Positions 38,347 to 49,821 are shown, numbered from the stretch's first letter. The stretch is DNA of 64,000 nt from Flavobacterium sp. (GCF_039932285.1 NZ_JBDTQE010000006.1:1582-65581), one strand, 5' to 3'. Notes: a model not told the origin generated them from the sequence alone. Program-made: numbers and translations.

Positions 38347-39636
38347 ATGAAAAGTTATTTAAATACCTACTTTGATAACTTTAGAGGATTTTCGAGAGAA
38401 GTCTGGGTTTTAACGTTAATTACTTTCATAAATCGTGCAGGCGCAATGGTTATGTTGTTTTTGACAAAATATATGCACGAAAATCTTTTTTTTAGCCTAA
38501 ATCAAATAGGATGGATGCTCGTTTGTATAGGAGTTGGGGCTTTGTTTGGGAACTGGCTAGGAGGAAAGCTAACAGATCGATTAGGGTTTTATACAATCAT
38601 GTTAGCGAGTCTTTTTCTAACGGGTTTTGGTATTATTTCGCTAATGTTCTTATATGATTTTGTAGAAATATGCGTTGGTCTATTTATAGTAACAGCTATT
38701 GCCGATATGTATAAACCAGCAATGTATGTTGCTGTGTCAAATTTTACAAATAAAAAAAATAGAACTAGAGCGCTAACACTAGTAAGATTAGCAGTAAACT
38801 TAGGTATAGTTTCAGGACCAATTATTGCAGGACTAGTTATACAAAAAGATAACTATGATATGCTTTTTTGGATAGATGGTTTAACTTGTGTGCTTGCAAT
38901 TTCTATTTTTATGTTAGTAATAGATGAAAGTAAAATATACAAAGCCAGAAAAAAAATAAATAGAGACAGGGAAAAAGAAGGAGTAATAGAAATAAATAGA
39001 AAAGCAGATATAAGTTTTATAATTTTCTTATTTGCTAGTTTTTTAACTGCCTTTTTATTCTTTCAGTTATTTACAACAATTCCACTATATAACTCTGATA
39101 AGCTAAAACTTGATGAGTTTCAAATAGGATTGCTTTTAGCTTTAAATGGGTTGTTGATCTTTCTTTTTGAAATGCCACTCATTGGTTTCCTAGAAAAAAC
39201 TACTGCTCAACCAACTAAAATTATTTTATTTGGGTCTGTATTTATGACTTCTGGATTCTTCTTTTTACTTTTTTCTAAGTCTGTACCGGTGTTAGTTATA
39301 AGTATTTTTCTCATAACTTTGGGACAGATATTGCTTTTTTCATTTTCTAATACTTTTGCATTTAGTAGAGCTGTTCAAGGAAAGGAAGGAAAATATATGG
39401 CTTTTTACGCTATGAGTTTTAGTGCTGCGCAAATATTAAGTCCAAAAGTAGGATTTAGTGTAATTGAAAAATTTAGTTATTTGTCAAATTGGCTATTAAT
39501 GGGTTTTATAGGATTAATAGCGATCTCTCTCTATTATAAATTAGATAAAAATATTAAATTTGAAAGAATTGCTAAAGATCTTCAAAAGCCTACATTAATT
39601 AGTGATTTAAATAACAATATCAAAAAAATAGCATAA
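38347..39636 (+). CDS. MFS transporter
   Basis: About 12 TM helices; MFS motif A GGKLTDRLG. Confidence 0.9.
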   Translation: MKSYLNTYFDNFRGFSREVWVLTLITFINRAGAMVMLFLTKYMHENLFFSLNQIGWMLVCIGVGALFGNWLGGKLTDRLGFYTIMLASLFLTGFGIISLMFLYDFVEICVGLFIVTAIADMYKPAMYVAVSNFTNKKNRTRALTLVRLAVNLGIVSGPIIAGLVIQKDNYDMLFWIDGLTCVLAISIFMLVIDESKIYKARKKINRDREKEGVIEINRKADISFIIFLFASFLTAFLFFQLFTTIPLYNSDKLKLDEFQIGLLLALNGLLIFLFEMPLIGFLEKTTAQPTKIILFGSVFMTSGFFFLLFSKSVPVLVISIFLITLGQILLFSFSNTFAFSRAVQGKEGKYMAFYAMSFSAAQILSPKVGFSVIEKFSYLSNWLLMGFIGLIAISLYYKLDKNIKFERIAKDLQKPTLISDLNNNIKKIA

Positions 39637-39643
39637 AAAAAGA

Positions 39644-40531
39644 ATGTCAAAAAAAGTCAAAAAAAGTCAGAATAATAAAAGCTTTAAAATCATAATAATT
39701 TTACTAGCTTTATCAATGCTTGGAAGTCTTTTTTATATTTCTAAATTATCTAGCAAGTCTAAAAGAACTATTATAGAGCTTAGAGAAGAAAAAGCAAATA
39801 TGCTCAATGATTTAGAAAAATCTCAATTATTTTTAAAACAAGTAATCACTTCAAATAAATCATTATCAGGAAAATTACTCTCAGAACAAAATAAAGTACA
39901 ACAACTTATAATCAATTTACAGAAGAAAGAAGTTACTGAGAAAACAATTATAGATTATAAACAAAGTACAAGCGATATAGATAATAGGATTAAGTCACTA
40001 CTTAATGAAATAGACTCTTATAAAGATAAAATAGATAGTACAAACCTTGTGTTAAATAAAACTAATGTTGTTTTAATTAAAGAGAAAATAAAAAATGATA
40101 CACTGGTGGTTTCTAATAAAAAATTAACAAAGAAAATTACCGATGCAACAAAATTGTATTTTTATAATTTACAAACAGTATTTCTAAAATTAAAAAGCTC
40201 TGGAAAACAAACCGAAACAGATAAAGCAAGTAGGGTAAATCTAATAAAAATTAGTTTTATGATTGCAGAAAATGATTTGAGTAAATCCACTACCAAAGAT
40301 TTTTATGTGCAAATAATAGATAGTAAAAGCAATGTTTTGGGGGATAAAAATATTCAAAAATTTGGAGATGACATTTTAACTTACAGTGCTTTATTAAAAG
40401 TTAAGTATGAGAATAAAACTATAAAAGTTGAAGGGGAAATACCTGTAACAAATTTAAATGAAGGGGTCTTATTTATTAATGTTTTCGATAAATCTAAGTT
40501 AATCCTGAAATCCACTGTTACACTATCGTAA
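39644..40531 (+). CDS. Membrane-anchored coiled-coil protein
   Basis: N-terminal TM helix, long heptad region and a C-terminal beta domain. Confidence 0.6.
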   Translation: MSKKVKKSQNNKSFKIIIILLALSMLGSLFYISKLSSKSKRTIIELREEKANMLNDLEKSQLFLKQVITSNKSLSGKLLSEQNKVQQLIINLQKKEVTEKTIIDYKQSTSDIDNRIKSLLNEIDSYKDKIDSTNLVLNKTNVVLIKEKIKNDTLVVSNKKLTKKITDATKLYFYNLQTVFLKLKSSGKQTETDKASRVNLIKISFMIAENDLSKSTTKDFYVQIIDSKSNVLGDKNIQKFGDDILTYSALLKVKYENKTIKVEGEIPVTNLNEGVLFINVFDKSKLILKSTVTLS

Positions 40532-40621
40532 CAAGTTTTTTTTAAAATCACATAACTATTTCTATTTATTATTTAATACAACTATATTTGTACATTCCTT
40601 CAAAAAAGGGATTAAAAAATT

Positions 40622-42874
40622 ATGATCTTAAAAAGACAGCTTCCTTTTATATGCTTTTTTATTACGCTCTTTGTTAATATAAAAACTACTGGACAAGTGA
40701 GTTCATCTACGGGCGATAGTATTATCAAAAAAGTAAATCTTTATAAATCTGATAATGAAGCCAAAAACTATGAAATTATAGCCTATAATAAACTCATTAT
40801 AACTGCAAACCCTGACTTAATACAAGGAAGGATAGACTCTATTTTTATTACTAAACGAGATAAGAAAATTTTATCTAGAATAGATTCTTCCGATTATAAT
40901 TTTAAAAGAATTGTCTCGAAGCAGCACTTATATCAGGTAGAAAAAACATCAAAATATCAAATAATTAATAACCAACGGAAAGAAAGGATTCTAACTACAA
41001 AAATGGCAGGTTTTAGAGAGCCTATTTTTGAATATTTTGCGCTTCAATTACAACCTTTTTCTGTTTATGATGATAATTATTCGCTGGTAGAAAAAGAATA
41101 TGTAAGTCCAATTTCTGCAAAAGGATTGAAAAAATACAATTACACTTTTTTAGGAAATTCTTTTTTAGAAAATAGAAAGGTTTATAAAATTTCATTCTTG
41201 CCAAAACAAAAATCTAAAACTGACCAGTTGACGGGTACTTTTTTTATTGATGCAGAAAAATTTAGTATCGCTAAAGTTGAGTTAAGAATTTCGGGATTAA
41301 TACAAATAAAATCCAATCATTATTTTGAGTATAATAAAGAACTAGATAATTGGTTTCCAATAAAAAGTAATCTTTCTATAAGAAAAGGGAACAGTAAAGC
41401 GCCAATAAAAATACTTGGAGAAACAATTACTTTTGAAGGAACAGATTCAAAGTTAAATCCCGAGGGCAAAAAATATGCCTCAGATTTTGTTGAGATAAGA
41501 TCTAATACAAACTATTTTGATCCAAAATTCAACAAAGTATCAAAAATAAAACATCCAGATATTGCTATAACAATAAGCGAAAATGCTATTTCAAAAAATG
41601 AATCACTTTGGTACAATTATTTTAATGATTCGACAGACGTGAGAAGTAGCGCAACCTATTTTTCATTAGATAGTTTAATTCAGAAAAGAAAGTACGAAAA
41701 AAAGATTAAAATTGGTAGAAAAGTACTAAAAGGCTATTATCCTATTGGTTTTTTCGATGTCGATTTGCGTTATATTTTTCGTTATAACAATTACGAAGGA
41801 TTTAGATTAGGATTGGGAGGTGTAACTAACGAAAAATTAGCCAAGAATTATAAGCTAGAAGGATATTATGTTTACGGAACAAAAGATGGTTTTTTTAAAG
41901 GTTTTATTTCTAATTCATTTCGAGTAGATAATCGTTCGGAAACTTGGTTGGGTTTATCATATAAAGACGATGTAAGTGAAATTGCAAGCACATCTTTTGA
42001 GATAGACAAACCAACTTTCAAAATTTACGATCCAAGACCACTTAATCTAAGTACTTTTTATAATCATGTTACGTGGAAAGGATTTGTAGAAACTAAAATT
42101 ATTCCAAAAACCGAAAGTATTTGGCAAATTACACAAAGCGATATAACTCCCAGATTCGATTATAATTACAAACTAAACGATAATTTATATACAAATTTCA
42201 AATCTACTTTACTAACAGTTTCCTTACAATGGAGTCCGTTTAGTAAATACATGCAAACACCAAATAAAACAATCGAAATAAATAAAAGATATCCAAAATT
42301 TACTTTTCAGTTTTCAAAAACAATACCTAAATTATGGAATAATGATTTCGATTTTGGTAAAGTAGATTTTAGATTTGATTATCAAAAAAAAATTAACTCA
42401 AACCATAAATTAAAGTTTCTTTTTGAAGGGGGTTATGCTTTTGGAGACATTCCAATTACACATGTTTATAATCATTCGCCAAATAATTTATTAAAAGACA
42501 AGATTATACAACGAATTACTTTTGCAGGGAGAGATAGTTTTGAAACAATGTATTTTAATGAATTTTTCTCTAATAAGTATGCCTTTTTTCAATTAGAACA
42601 TCAATTTCCTAAATTCGAAATTACTAAAAGAATAAAGCCAGTTTTCTCTCTTATTACTAAATATGGTATTGGAAGTCTAGATAATCCAGAGAGACATCTA
42701 AACATAAACTTTAAAACCCTAGAAAAAGGTTATATGGAATCTGGATTTGAGTTAAACCAGATTTATAGAGGCTTGGGATTTGTAGCTTTTTACAGATACG
42801 GACCTAATCAATTGCCAAATTTTGAAGACAATATAGCAATAAAACTAAGTGTTAAAATAGATTTAGGTCTTTAG
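40622..42874 (+). CDS. DUF5686-like outer-membrane beta-barrel protein
   Basis: Signal peptide, YNNYEGFRLGLGG motif and a C-terminal GYMESGFEL...FYRYG barrel end. Confidence 0.7.
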   Translation: MILKRQLPFICFFITLFVNIKTTGQVSSSTGDSIIKKVNLYKSDNEAKNYEIIAYNKLIITANPDLIQGRIDSIFITKRDKKILSRIDSSDYNFKRIVSKQHLYQVEKTSKYQIINNQRKERILTTKMAGFREPIFEYFALQLQPFSVYDDNYSLVEKEYVSPISAKGLKKYNYTFLGNSFLENRKVYKISFLPKQKSKTDQLTGTFFIDAEKFSIAKVELRISGLIQIKSNHYFEYNKELDNWFPIKSNLSIRKGNSKAPIKILGETITFEGTDSKLNPEGKKYASDFVEIRSNTNYFDPKFNKVSKIKHPDIAITISENAISKNESLWYNYFNDSTDVRSSATYFSLDSLIQKRKYEKKIKIGRKVLKGYYPIGFFDVDLRYIFRYNNYEGFRLGLGGVTNEKLAKNYKLEGYYVYGTKDGFFKGFISNSFRVDNRSETWLGLSYKDDVSEIASTSFEIDKPTFKIYDPRPLNLSTFYNHVTWKGFVETKIIPKTESIWQITQSDITPRFDYNYKLNDNLYTNFKSTLLTVSLQWSPFSKYMQTPNKTIEINKRYPKFTFQFSKTIPKLWNNDFDFGKVDFRFDYQKKINSNHKLKFLFEGGYAFGDIPITHVYNHSPNNLLKDKIIQRITFAGRDSFETMYFNEFFSNKYAFFQLEHQFPKFEITKRIKPVFSLITKYGIGSLDNPERHLNINFKTLEKGYMESGFELNQIYRGLGFVAFYRYGPNQLPNFEDNIAIKLSVKIDLGL

Positions 42875-42877
42875 TAA

Positions 42878-45148
42878 TTAAGGCTTTATAATTAGTACAG
42901 ATGGTAAGTTACTTAGCCAGACGCTCTGAGAATCAACTAGTTTTTTCCAGCTATCAAGACTAATCATCATTAAATCTTGTTTGATTAAGAATGGTTTTAA
43001 AATTTGATAATCACTAACTAAAGTAATGTTATCTGGATAGGTCACTTCTAAGGTTTCGATAGCATTTTTTACTAAAAAATTATTTTTAATCTGATTGTTT
43101 ACATCAATAATCTTGATTTTAGAATTATTATTATAAATAAACTTTTGAATATAGTCTACTAAAAAAGCATCTTCATTTCCGAAAAATGGGACGAAAATTT
43201 TATCAGTATAGCTTAATTCATTATCCACAAGAATACCTAACGGCATTTTGTTTTTAGCAATAATTTGACGTGTTCTTTCGTCAAAAATTGAATTAGTAAA
43301 TAAGCCTTCTTTTCCTGTTATTTTGTCAAGTAATCTATCTGGATTTATGATTCTTGTTGTAAATCCTAGTACTTTTCCGAGCAAAGTTCCTTCAAAAATA
43401 GACTTTCCTAAACCTACCAAAAGTAAATCATAGTCTCCTTGATTTGCTATTTCAGCAATATCGGTTTCAATATCTGTTGTAGCTTTAAAGATGGTGTTTA
43501 TGTCTTGGTTTAATAATTTAGATTCTTCAAGAATAGGAATGAAGGTTTCTTCCTCGTATTCCTCAAGATTAAAGCCATGCATTTCATCACTTACAGATAA
43601 ATGCATAGCCGTTATGGTAGATACATCTTTTTGTTTTTTAATTAAACTATTTGCTAATCGAAGTAATGATTTTCCTTTTTCGTAGTTTCCAAAAGATATA
43701 AGGATCTTATATTTATTAGAATCAATATCTTCTTCATTAGTTAGTAGGTTTTTAGATTTAAAAATATAATTTATCAAATCTAGTGCAGGTCCAGTCATAA
43801 ATGTAGTAACTAATGCCATAATGACCATCATGGTAAATATTTCTGAATTTAGAACACCCAAATCATATCCAATATTTAGAACCACTAGTTCCATTAGTCC
43901 ACGTGTGTTCATTAATGCGCCAATGGTTAAACTATCTTTCCAGTTTTGCCCTACAAATTTTGCAGCAAGTGCGCTTCCTAAAAATTTCCCGACAACTGCA
44001 ACTAAAATAATAAATCCCGTAATTTCCCATAAATATGGATCATTAATTAATCCTATTTGTGTGCGCAATCCTGTAAAAACAAAAAACAATGGAAGCAAAA
44101 GAATCAAGGCCACATCTTCAACTTTTTCGATAAATACATTTCTAAATTTAGATACGTCCGGCATAATAACACCTGTCATAAAAGCTCCGAAAAGTGCATG
44201 AATTCCAATTACTTCAGTGCAATAAGAGGACAGGATAAGTGTTAGAAAAAAAATAGCTACAACTGGTTTGCTTAGATTTTCATTATTGGAATATAAATCT
44301 CCAACTCTTTTAAAAAAAGGTTTTACAATAAATAACATGAGTAAAACATAAAGTATAGCTAAACCTATAACATAAAGAGAGCTTATAAATGTTCCTGCTT
44401 TTACAATGGCAATAACTGCAGCAAGCAAACACCAAGCAGTAATGTCATCGGCTGCAGCGCAAGTAATAACGATACTGCCTAATTTTGTTTTATGAATGCC
44501 TCTTTCTTGTACAATTCTTGCCAAAACAGGAAATGCAGTGATACTCATAGAAATCCCCATAAATAAACTAAAAGAAAGAAATTCGACACCTTGTGGTGCA
44601 AACTTATAATAAACAAAATAGGCTAGTGAGATTCCCAGTGCAAACGGAATAACTATACTAGCATGACTTATAACGACAGCTTCATTAGCTTTATTTTTTA
44701 GTACTTTTAGGTCTAACTCCATTCCTATGACAAACATAAAAAGGATTAACCCAATTTGGCTTAAGAATTGAAGGTTTCCAAGTGATTCTGCTGGAAATAA
44801 TGCCAATGAAAACCCAGGAAAGTACATTCCTACAACGGATGGACCTAGAAAAATACCTGCAATTATTTCTCCAATTACAGATGGTTGACCAATTTTTTTG
44901 AAAATCCAACCAAAAAAACGAGCGACAATAATTATGGTGATTATTTGACCTAATAAAATAGCTAAAGGATGATGAAGATTGTGAGTGAGTGACTCTAAAA
45001 ACTGATTCCATTGGGTGTTTTTTGATGTAGGAGCTATAACGCTTCTCCCAATTTCAAGGTTTTTACCTTGACCAACAACCCAATAAATTAAAGCTGTAAA
45101 AACACCAGTAACGGTAAAATAGAACAATGCATTTTTTAAATTTTTCAT
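42878..45148 (-). CDS. CPA2 cation:proton antiporter with a C-terminal USP-like domain
   Basis: GQPSVIGEIIAGIFLGPS, TAFPVLARI, AAADD and MNTRGLMELVV motifs; likely start MKNLKNAL. Confidence 0.9.
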   Translation of the reverse strand: MKNLKNALFYFTVTGVFTALIYWVVGQGKNLEIGRSVIAPTSKNTQWNQFLESLTHNLHHPLAILLGQIITIIIVARFFGWIFKKIGQPSVIGEIIAGIFLGPSVVGMYFPGFSLALFPAESLGNLQFLSQIGLILFMFVIGMELDLKVLKNKANEAVVISHASIVIPFALGISLAYFVYYKFAPQGVEFLSFSLFMGISMSITAFPVLARIVQERGIHKTKLGSIVITCAAADDITAWCLLAAVIAIVKAGTFISSLYVIGLAILYVLLMLFIVKPFFKRVGDLYSNNENLSKPVVAIFFLTLILSSYCTEVIGIHALFGAFMTGVIMPDVSKFRNVFIEKVEDVALILLLPLFFVFTGLRTQIGLINDPYLWEITGFIILVAVVGKFLGSALAAKFVGQNWKDSLTIGALMNTRGLMELVVLNIGYDLGVLNSEIFTMMVIMALVTTFMTGPALDLINYIFKSKNLLTNEEDIDSNKYKILISFGNYEKGKSLLRLANSLIKKQKDVSTITAMHLSVSDEMHGFNLEEYEEETFIPILEESKLLNQDINTIFKATTDIETDIAEIANQGDYDLLLVGLGKSIFEGTLLGKVLGFTTRIINPDRLLDKITGKEGLFTNSIFDERTRQIIAKNKMPLGILVDNELSYTDKIFVPFFGNEDAFLVDYIQKFIYNNNSKIKIIDVNNQIKNNFLVKNAIETLEVTYPDNITLVSDYQILKPFLIKQDLMMISLDSWKKLVDSQSVWLSNLPSVLIIKP

Positions 45149-45309
45149 AAAAAAATAAGACAATTATCAGCTTTATATTCTACAAAGATGACGAAATTAC
45201 CATACAAATAAAAACATAAATTAGATTAATCATGTAAATTTATTGTTAGATAATGATCTAAATAAAAGTTTTGTTTTATTTAACTAAATTTTAGTGCTTT
45301 TAATTACCT

Positions 45310-47748
45310 TTGCATTCTTTTTTAAGCTTTATGAAAAAAATGTTAAGTATAGGATTTTGGGAGTTTATTGCCAGAGTAATCCTCAGAAATAGAATTGTTT
45401 TTTTATCAGGAATTGTAATTATTACTGTTCTGTTTGCTATGCAATGGAAAAACATCAAATTTACTCATTCAGAAGCGAATCTCTTGCCTGATGATCATCC
45501 AGTTAACATTGAATACAAAGCCTTTCTTGATAAATTTGGCGAAGAAGGAAATCTTATTGTTGTTGGCGTAAAAGACACAACTTTTTTTACTCCAAAAGTA
45601 TTTAAGGCTTGGAATAAATTAATGACCGAATTACAAAACGACAAAGAAGTAGAGCTCGTTGTTTCTGTAAATGATTTAAAAAAGCTTCAAAAAAACGAAA
45701 CTAGAAAATCGTTTGAACTGGTTCCTTTCATTAATCCATTACAAACGTTAGATAAAAAATACCTGCGGGATATAAAAAATGAATTATTTCAAAAAATGCC
45801 TTTTTACGAAGGATTGCTTTATAACAAAAAAAGCGGGTCTATTCGTTCAGCCATATATTTAGATAAAAAAATTGTAAATACCATTATCCGAAAAGAATAT
45901 GTTTTAGATAAGTTTATCCCTAAAATAAAAGCTTTCGAAAAAGAAACAGGAGTTGATCTTCGTGTTTCTGGAATGCCTTACATTAGAACCTTGAATGCAC
46001 AAAGTATTGTTGACGAAATTGGTTTATTTGTTGGCGCAGCATTATTTATAACATCATTAATTTTCTTTTTCTTTTTCAGATCACTTCGAGCCACATTAAT
46101 ATCAGTATTGATTGTAATTATTGGCGTGATGTGGACTTTTGGGTTATTGGGATTATTAAATTATCAAATCACAGTTTTAACCGCCGTAATTCCTTCTTTG
46201 GTTATTATTATTGGAATCCCAAATTGTATTTTTCTCACCAATAAATACCAACAAGAATATCAAAATCATGGCAACAAAGGACGTGCTTTGCAACGCGTTA
46301 TTACAAAAGTAGGAACAGCAACTTTAATGACAAATCTAACGACAGCTGCTGGATTTGCTACATTTATTATTACCAATAGTGAAATTTTAAAAGAATTTGG
46401 TATCATTTCTTCTATTAGTATCATCGCATTATTCTTCTTGTGTTTGAGTATCATTCCTATTTTCTATAGTTATCAACCAGCTCCTCAACCCAAACATTTA
46501 GAACATTTAAACCGAAATTATACTCGTGCTTTCATGTCATGGATTGAAAAAACGGTTAAGTATAAAAGAACACAAATCTATATTGTGTCCATAACTTTGT
46601 TTTTCGTAAGTACTTTTGGCGCTTTACAAATAAAAACCTCTGGAAGTTTAATTGAAGACATGCCTAAAAAGACTGATTTTTTTAGAGACATTGTTTTCTT
46701 CGAAAAAGAATTTGATGGAGTGATGCCTTTAGAAATAACCATTGACACCAAAAGAAAACAAGGGGTTTTAAAACTTTCTACCTTGCGAAAAATGGATGAG
46801 CTTCAAAAAACAATCGAAGAAATTCCAGAACTATCCAAACCCATTTCTATTTTAAATTTGGTTAAATATTCCAAACAAGCCTATTACAACGGAAATCCAG
46901 AATATTACGAATTGCCTTCCTCGCAAGAGCAAGCATTTATAGCGAGTTATGCCAAAAATACTTTTAAAGGAAACAAAAAAGATATCATGAAAAGCTATGT
47001 TGACAAAGGTGGTCAAACGGCTCGAATAACTACTTTTATGAGAGATATTGGCACAGGAAATATGGCCAAAATTGAAAACAAACTTTGGAAGAAAATAAAT
47101 CAGGTTTTTCCTCCAGATAGATTTACAGTACACATTACCGGAAAAGCATCTGTATTTGAAAAAGGAACGAAATATTTATTAGACAATTTGGTTACTTCTT
47201 TACTTTTTGCCATTTTCCTTATCGCCATGTTAATGGTTTTTATGTTTCGCTCTTTCAAAATGGTAGTAGTTTCGTTAATTCCAAATATTTTACCTCTAGT
47301 AATCACTGCTGGTTTAATGGGATATTTTGGAATTCCATTAAAACCATCAACAATATTAGTATTTAGTATCGCTTTTGGACTTTCTGTAGATGACACAATA
47401 CACTTTTTGGCACAATACCGTCAAGAATTAAACCATCACAACTGGAAAATAAAAAAATCAGTTTATGCTACTTTAAAAGAAGCTGGTGTTAGTATGTTTT
47501 ATACTTCAGTCGTATTATTTTCTGGTTTTTCAGTTTTTATGCTATCTAGTTTTGGAGGAACAATTGCATTAGGTGGATTAATCGCCATGACTTTAGGATT
47601 CGGAATGTTGTCTAACTTGATGTTACTACCAGCTTTAGTTCTAACATTAAATAAACGATTAGCAAACGAACAAGAATTCATAAAACCTAGAATCGATGTT
47701 TTGGAACATACCGATGAAGAAATTGATGAGTTAGAAAGAAAAAAGTAA
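45310..47748 (+). CDS. MMPL/RND family transporter
   Basis: Two sets of TM bundles with large periplasmic loops; FGLSVDDTIHF motif. Confidence 0.88.
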   Translation: MHSFLSFMKKMLSIGFWEFIARVILRNRIVFLSGIVIITVLFAMQWKNIKFTHSEANLLPDDHPVNIEYKAFLDKFGEEGNLIVVGVKDTTFFTPKVFKAWNKLMTELQNDKEVELVVSVNDLKKLQKNETRKSFELVPFINPLQTLDKKYLRDIKNELFQKMPFYEGLLYNKKSGSIRSAIYLDKKIVNTIIRKEYVLDKFIPKIKAFEKETGVDLRVSGMPYIRTLNAQSIVDEIGLFVGAALFITSLIFFFFFRSLRATLISVLIVIIGVMWTFGLLGLLNYQITVLTAVIPSLVIIIGIPNCIFLTNKYQQEYQNHGNKGRALQRVITKVGTATLMTNLTTAAGFATFIITNSEILKEFGIISSISIIALFFLCLSIIPIFYSYQPAPQPKHLEHLNRNYTRAFMSWIEKTVKYKRTQIYIVSITLFFVSTFGALQIKTSGSLIEDMPKKTDFFRDIVFFEKEFDGVMPLEITIDTKRKQGVLKLSTLRKMDELQKTIEEIPELSKPISILNLVKYSKQAYYNGNPEYYELPSSQEQAFIASYAKNTFKGNKKDIMKSYVDKGGQTARITTFMRDIGTGNMAKIENKLWKKINQVFPPDRFTVHITGKASVFEKGTKYLLDNLVTSLLFAIFLIAMLMVFMFRSFKMVVVSLIPNILPLVITAGLMGYFGIPLKPSTILVFSIAFGLSVDDTIHFLAQYRQELNHHNWKIKKSVYATLKEAGVSMFYTSVVLFSGFSVFMLSSFGGTIALGGLIAMTLGFGMLSNLMLLPALVLTLNKRLANEQEFIKPRIDVLEHTDEEIDELERKK

Positions 47749-47756
47749 ATTTTCAC

Positions 47757-48482
47757 CTAATCTAAGGATTTTAATAGCTTTTCAACTTGAGTATAATCTT
47801 CATAATCTGAAGGAATTGTTAGTAAGATTGCTTTACAAGACTTATAATCTTTTTGTTTAAGTTTAGATAATGCTAAATACCAAGTTGCAGTATTTTTATA
47901 AATAGATTTCCCATTTATAATGTCATTTAAAACTATTTCAGAATCTGCAAATCGATTTTCTTCAAGTAATGAAATGGCATAAAAATATTTAATTTCTGGT
48001 CTTGGATATTCTTTTATAACCAACTCAAAATTAATAATTGCTTTTTTATAGTCTTTTTTGTTAAAAGCATCTTGTGCTAGCTTTAGTGATTTAACAAGAT
48101 CACCGCGTTCTGTAAAATGAGCTTCTTCATGTTTATTAAAATCTCCATATTCCGGATTGTCATTTTGAAAAAGGTGTAAACCAAAAAATAAAACAAAAAC
48201 TGCTGCAATAGCATATATATAAGTTCTTAATTGAATTGTTTTACCTTTTTTAGATTTATTTTCTACTAATGATTCTTTAGCAATCGCCTTCAAGTTTTCT
48301 TTGAATGCAACTGTTTCTGGCGAAAATTTAATTTTTAAAAACCGATTTGATTCTTTGTAGGTTTCAAATTTTTCTTTAAAATCTATATCATTTTGAAGTC
48401 GATTTTCAAATATTATTATCTCTTCCGATGAAAATTCGTTACTAAGATAATTTTCAAATGACAGGTATAATTCTTCGTTCAT
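47757..48482 (-). CDS. Putative anti-sigma factor (cytoplasmic domain, TM helix, periplasmic TPR)
   Basis: ENYL..E.S.EE...FE.RL..D N-terminus, TM YIYAIAAVFVLFFGLHLF and TPR-like C-terminus; coupled to the ECF sigma gene. Confidence 0.7.
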   Translation of the reverse strand: MNEELYLSFENYLSNEFSSEEIIIFENRLQNDIDFKEKFETYKESNRFLKIKFSPETVAFKENLKAIAKESLVENKSKKGKTIQLRTYIYAIAAVFVLFFGLHLFQNDNPEYGDFNKHEEAHFTERGDLVKSLKLAQDAFNKKDYKKAIINFELVIKEYPRPEIKYFYAISLLEENRFADSEIVLNDIINGKSIYKNTATWYLALSKLKQKDYKSCKAILLTIPSDYEDYTQVEKLLKSLD

Positions 48483-48485
48483 GAT

Positions 48486-49097
48486 TTAGGATTTTAATGA
48501 TTTGTATTTATTTGATTGCTGAATCATTTCTGTAAGTTGTCCTGTGCAAAGTGATTTTTTCTTGCGCACATAGCCATAGGTAACATTTAGCTTTTGCGCT
48601 ACTTCTTCCATTGTTTTTGTTACAAAACTTAGCTTGAGTACTTCTTGGCATTTTTCTCCTAATTTTCCAAACATTTCTTCAAATAATGATTGTTTCTCTT
48701 CAAAAATTTCAGTTTGGTTTGCCATTTCTGCTGTCGATTCATCTTTATATACACTATCATCACTTATTGTTACCTCTTTATTTGTAGCTTTTTTTATTTC
48801 GTTAAGCCAACGCCTTTTACACAATAAGAAAAAATAAGCATCAAAAGGACATGTGAGTTGTAATCCTTTAGTTTTTGCTTGATTATAAATTGTAATCAGT
48901 ACATCTTGAATGACATCTTGGGCACGATCTTCATCTCCAGAATTTGTTTTGATATAGTAAATTACTTTAGGCGTAAATTTTTTATATATAGATTGAATTA
49001 CAACTGAATTGTTATTGGCAAGGCCGTCAACATAAAGCTGATCCTCATGGCTAGAACCTGAAAGAGAACCAGACGGAGTAATAGTGTTGTTTGGCAT
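48486..49097 (-). CDS. ECF RNA polymerase sigma factor
   Basis: Region 2 AQDVIQDVLI...KRRWLNEIK and region 4 TMEEVAQKLNVTYGYVRKKKSLC; likely start MPNNTI at 49097. Confidence 0.88.
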   Translation of the reverse strand: MPNNTITPSGSLSGSSHEDQLYVDGLANNNSVVIQSIYKKFTPKVIYYIKTNSGDEDRAQDVIQDVLITIYNQAKTKGLQLTCPFDAYFFLLCKRRWLNEIKKATNKEVTISDDSVYKDESTAEMANQTEIFEEKQSLFEEMFGKLGEKCQEVLKLSFVTKTMEEVAQKLNVTYGYVRKKKSLCTGQLTEMIQQSNKYKSLKS

Positions 49098-49120
49098 AAA
49101 AAACTTTTTTCGAAAATAAT

Positions 49121-49205
49121 AAAAAAAAAGGTAACAAAATAAATACTCTGTTGATATGAATATATAAACGATGAATAACAACATCAAAAACTAGAAATCA
49201 TGAAA
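49121..49205 (+). promoter_or_regulatory. Duplicated promoter/5'UTR, copy 1 (GGTAAC-N15-TTGATA)
   Basis: GGTAAC at 49130, TTGATA at 49151; homologous to 49822-49906. Confidence 0.7.
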
Positions 49206-49811
49206 TTAGAAATTAAAAAAGTAGGAACATTAGCTTTATTAGCCATTACATTAGCAAGTTGCTCACCAAGTAATCCACCATTGCCACTTCCTCCTCCTTC
49301 GGCTTGTAATACGGTAGGAACAGATTTTCAAAACTTGTATGCTGCAACTCTAGCAAGCAATGCTCTTTATGATAATTATCTCACAATGGATTTAGTTACT
49401 CACGAATATACTTTTACAGTTAGTACAAATAAAACTGTTTGTACACTTGGATATCAAGGGAACGCAACTCTTTTTGCGAGTAGTATTCCTTACACGATGG
49501 AGATTTATAATAATACAACTAGTACTATGGTTTATTCTGGAAACATTGTCTTTAATTCTGCCTCGACCGATTATCAACCTATTACGCCAACGCCTCTTGT
49601 TGCTGGAAATAGCTACACAATTAGACGAAATGCTAATAACTATCTTGGAAACATTGGAAACACAATAGGTAGAATTTGCAGAAAAAACGCTGGTCCAAAC
49701 CAATATCCTGCTACTAATGGTGTATTGACTATTACGGCTTCTAATTTTTATGGAAGTGGAGGTCCAGTACCTAATTACGGAATTCCTTGTATAGACATTG
49801 TATTTCAATAA
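49200..49811 (+). CDS. Lipoprotein with a possible DUF4082-like beta-sandwich
   Basis: Lipobox LASC, Pro-rich linker and PITPTPLVAGNSYTI. Confidence 0.6.
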   Translation: MKLEIKKVGTLALLAITLASCSPSNPPLPLPPPSACNTVGTDFQNLYAATLASNALYDNYLTMDLVTHEYTFTVSTNKTVCTLGYQGNATLFASSIPYTMEIYNNTTSTMVYSGNIVFNSASTDYQPITPTPLVAGNSYTIRRNANNYLGNIGNTIGRICRKNAGPNQYPATNGVLTITASNFYGSGGPVPNYGIPCIDIVFQ

Positions 49812-49821
49812 AAAAATAATT

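Noticed and set aside
40622-42874. Apparent lack of the N-terminal carboxypeptidase-regulatory domain in the DUF5686 protein
   Set aside because: Without an alignment I cannot separate it from natural family variation; there is no sign of pseudogenisation.
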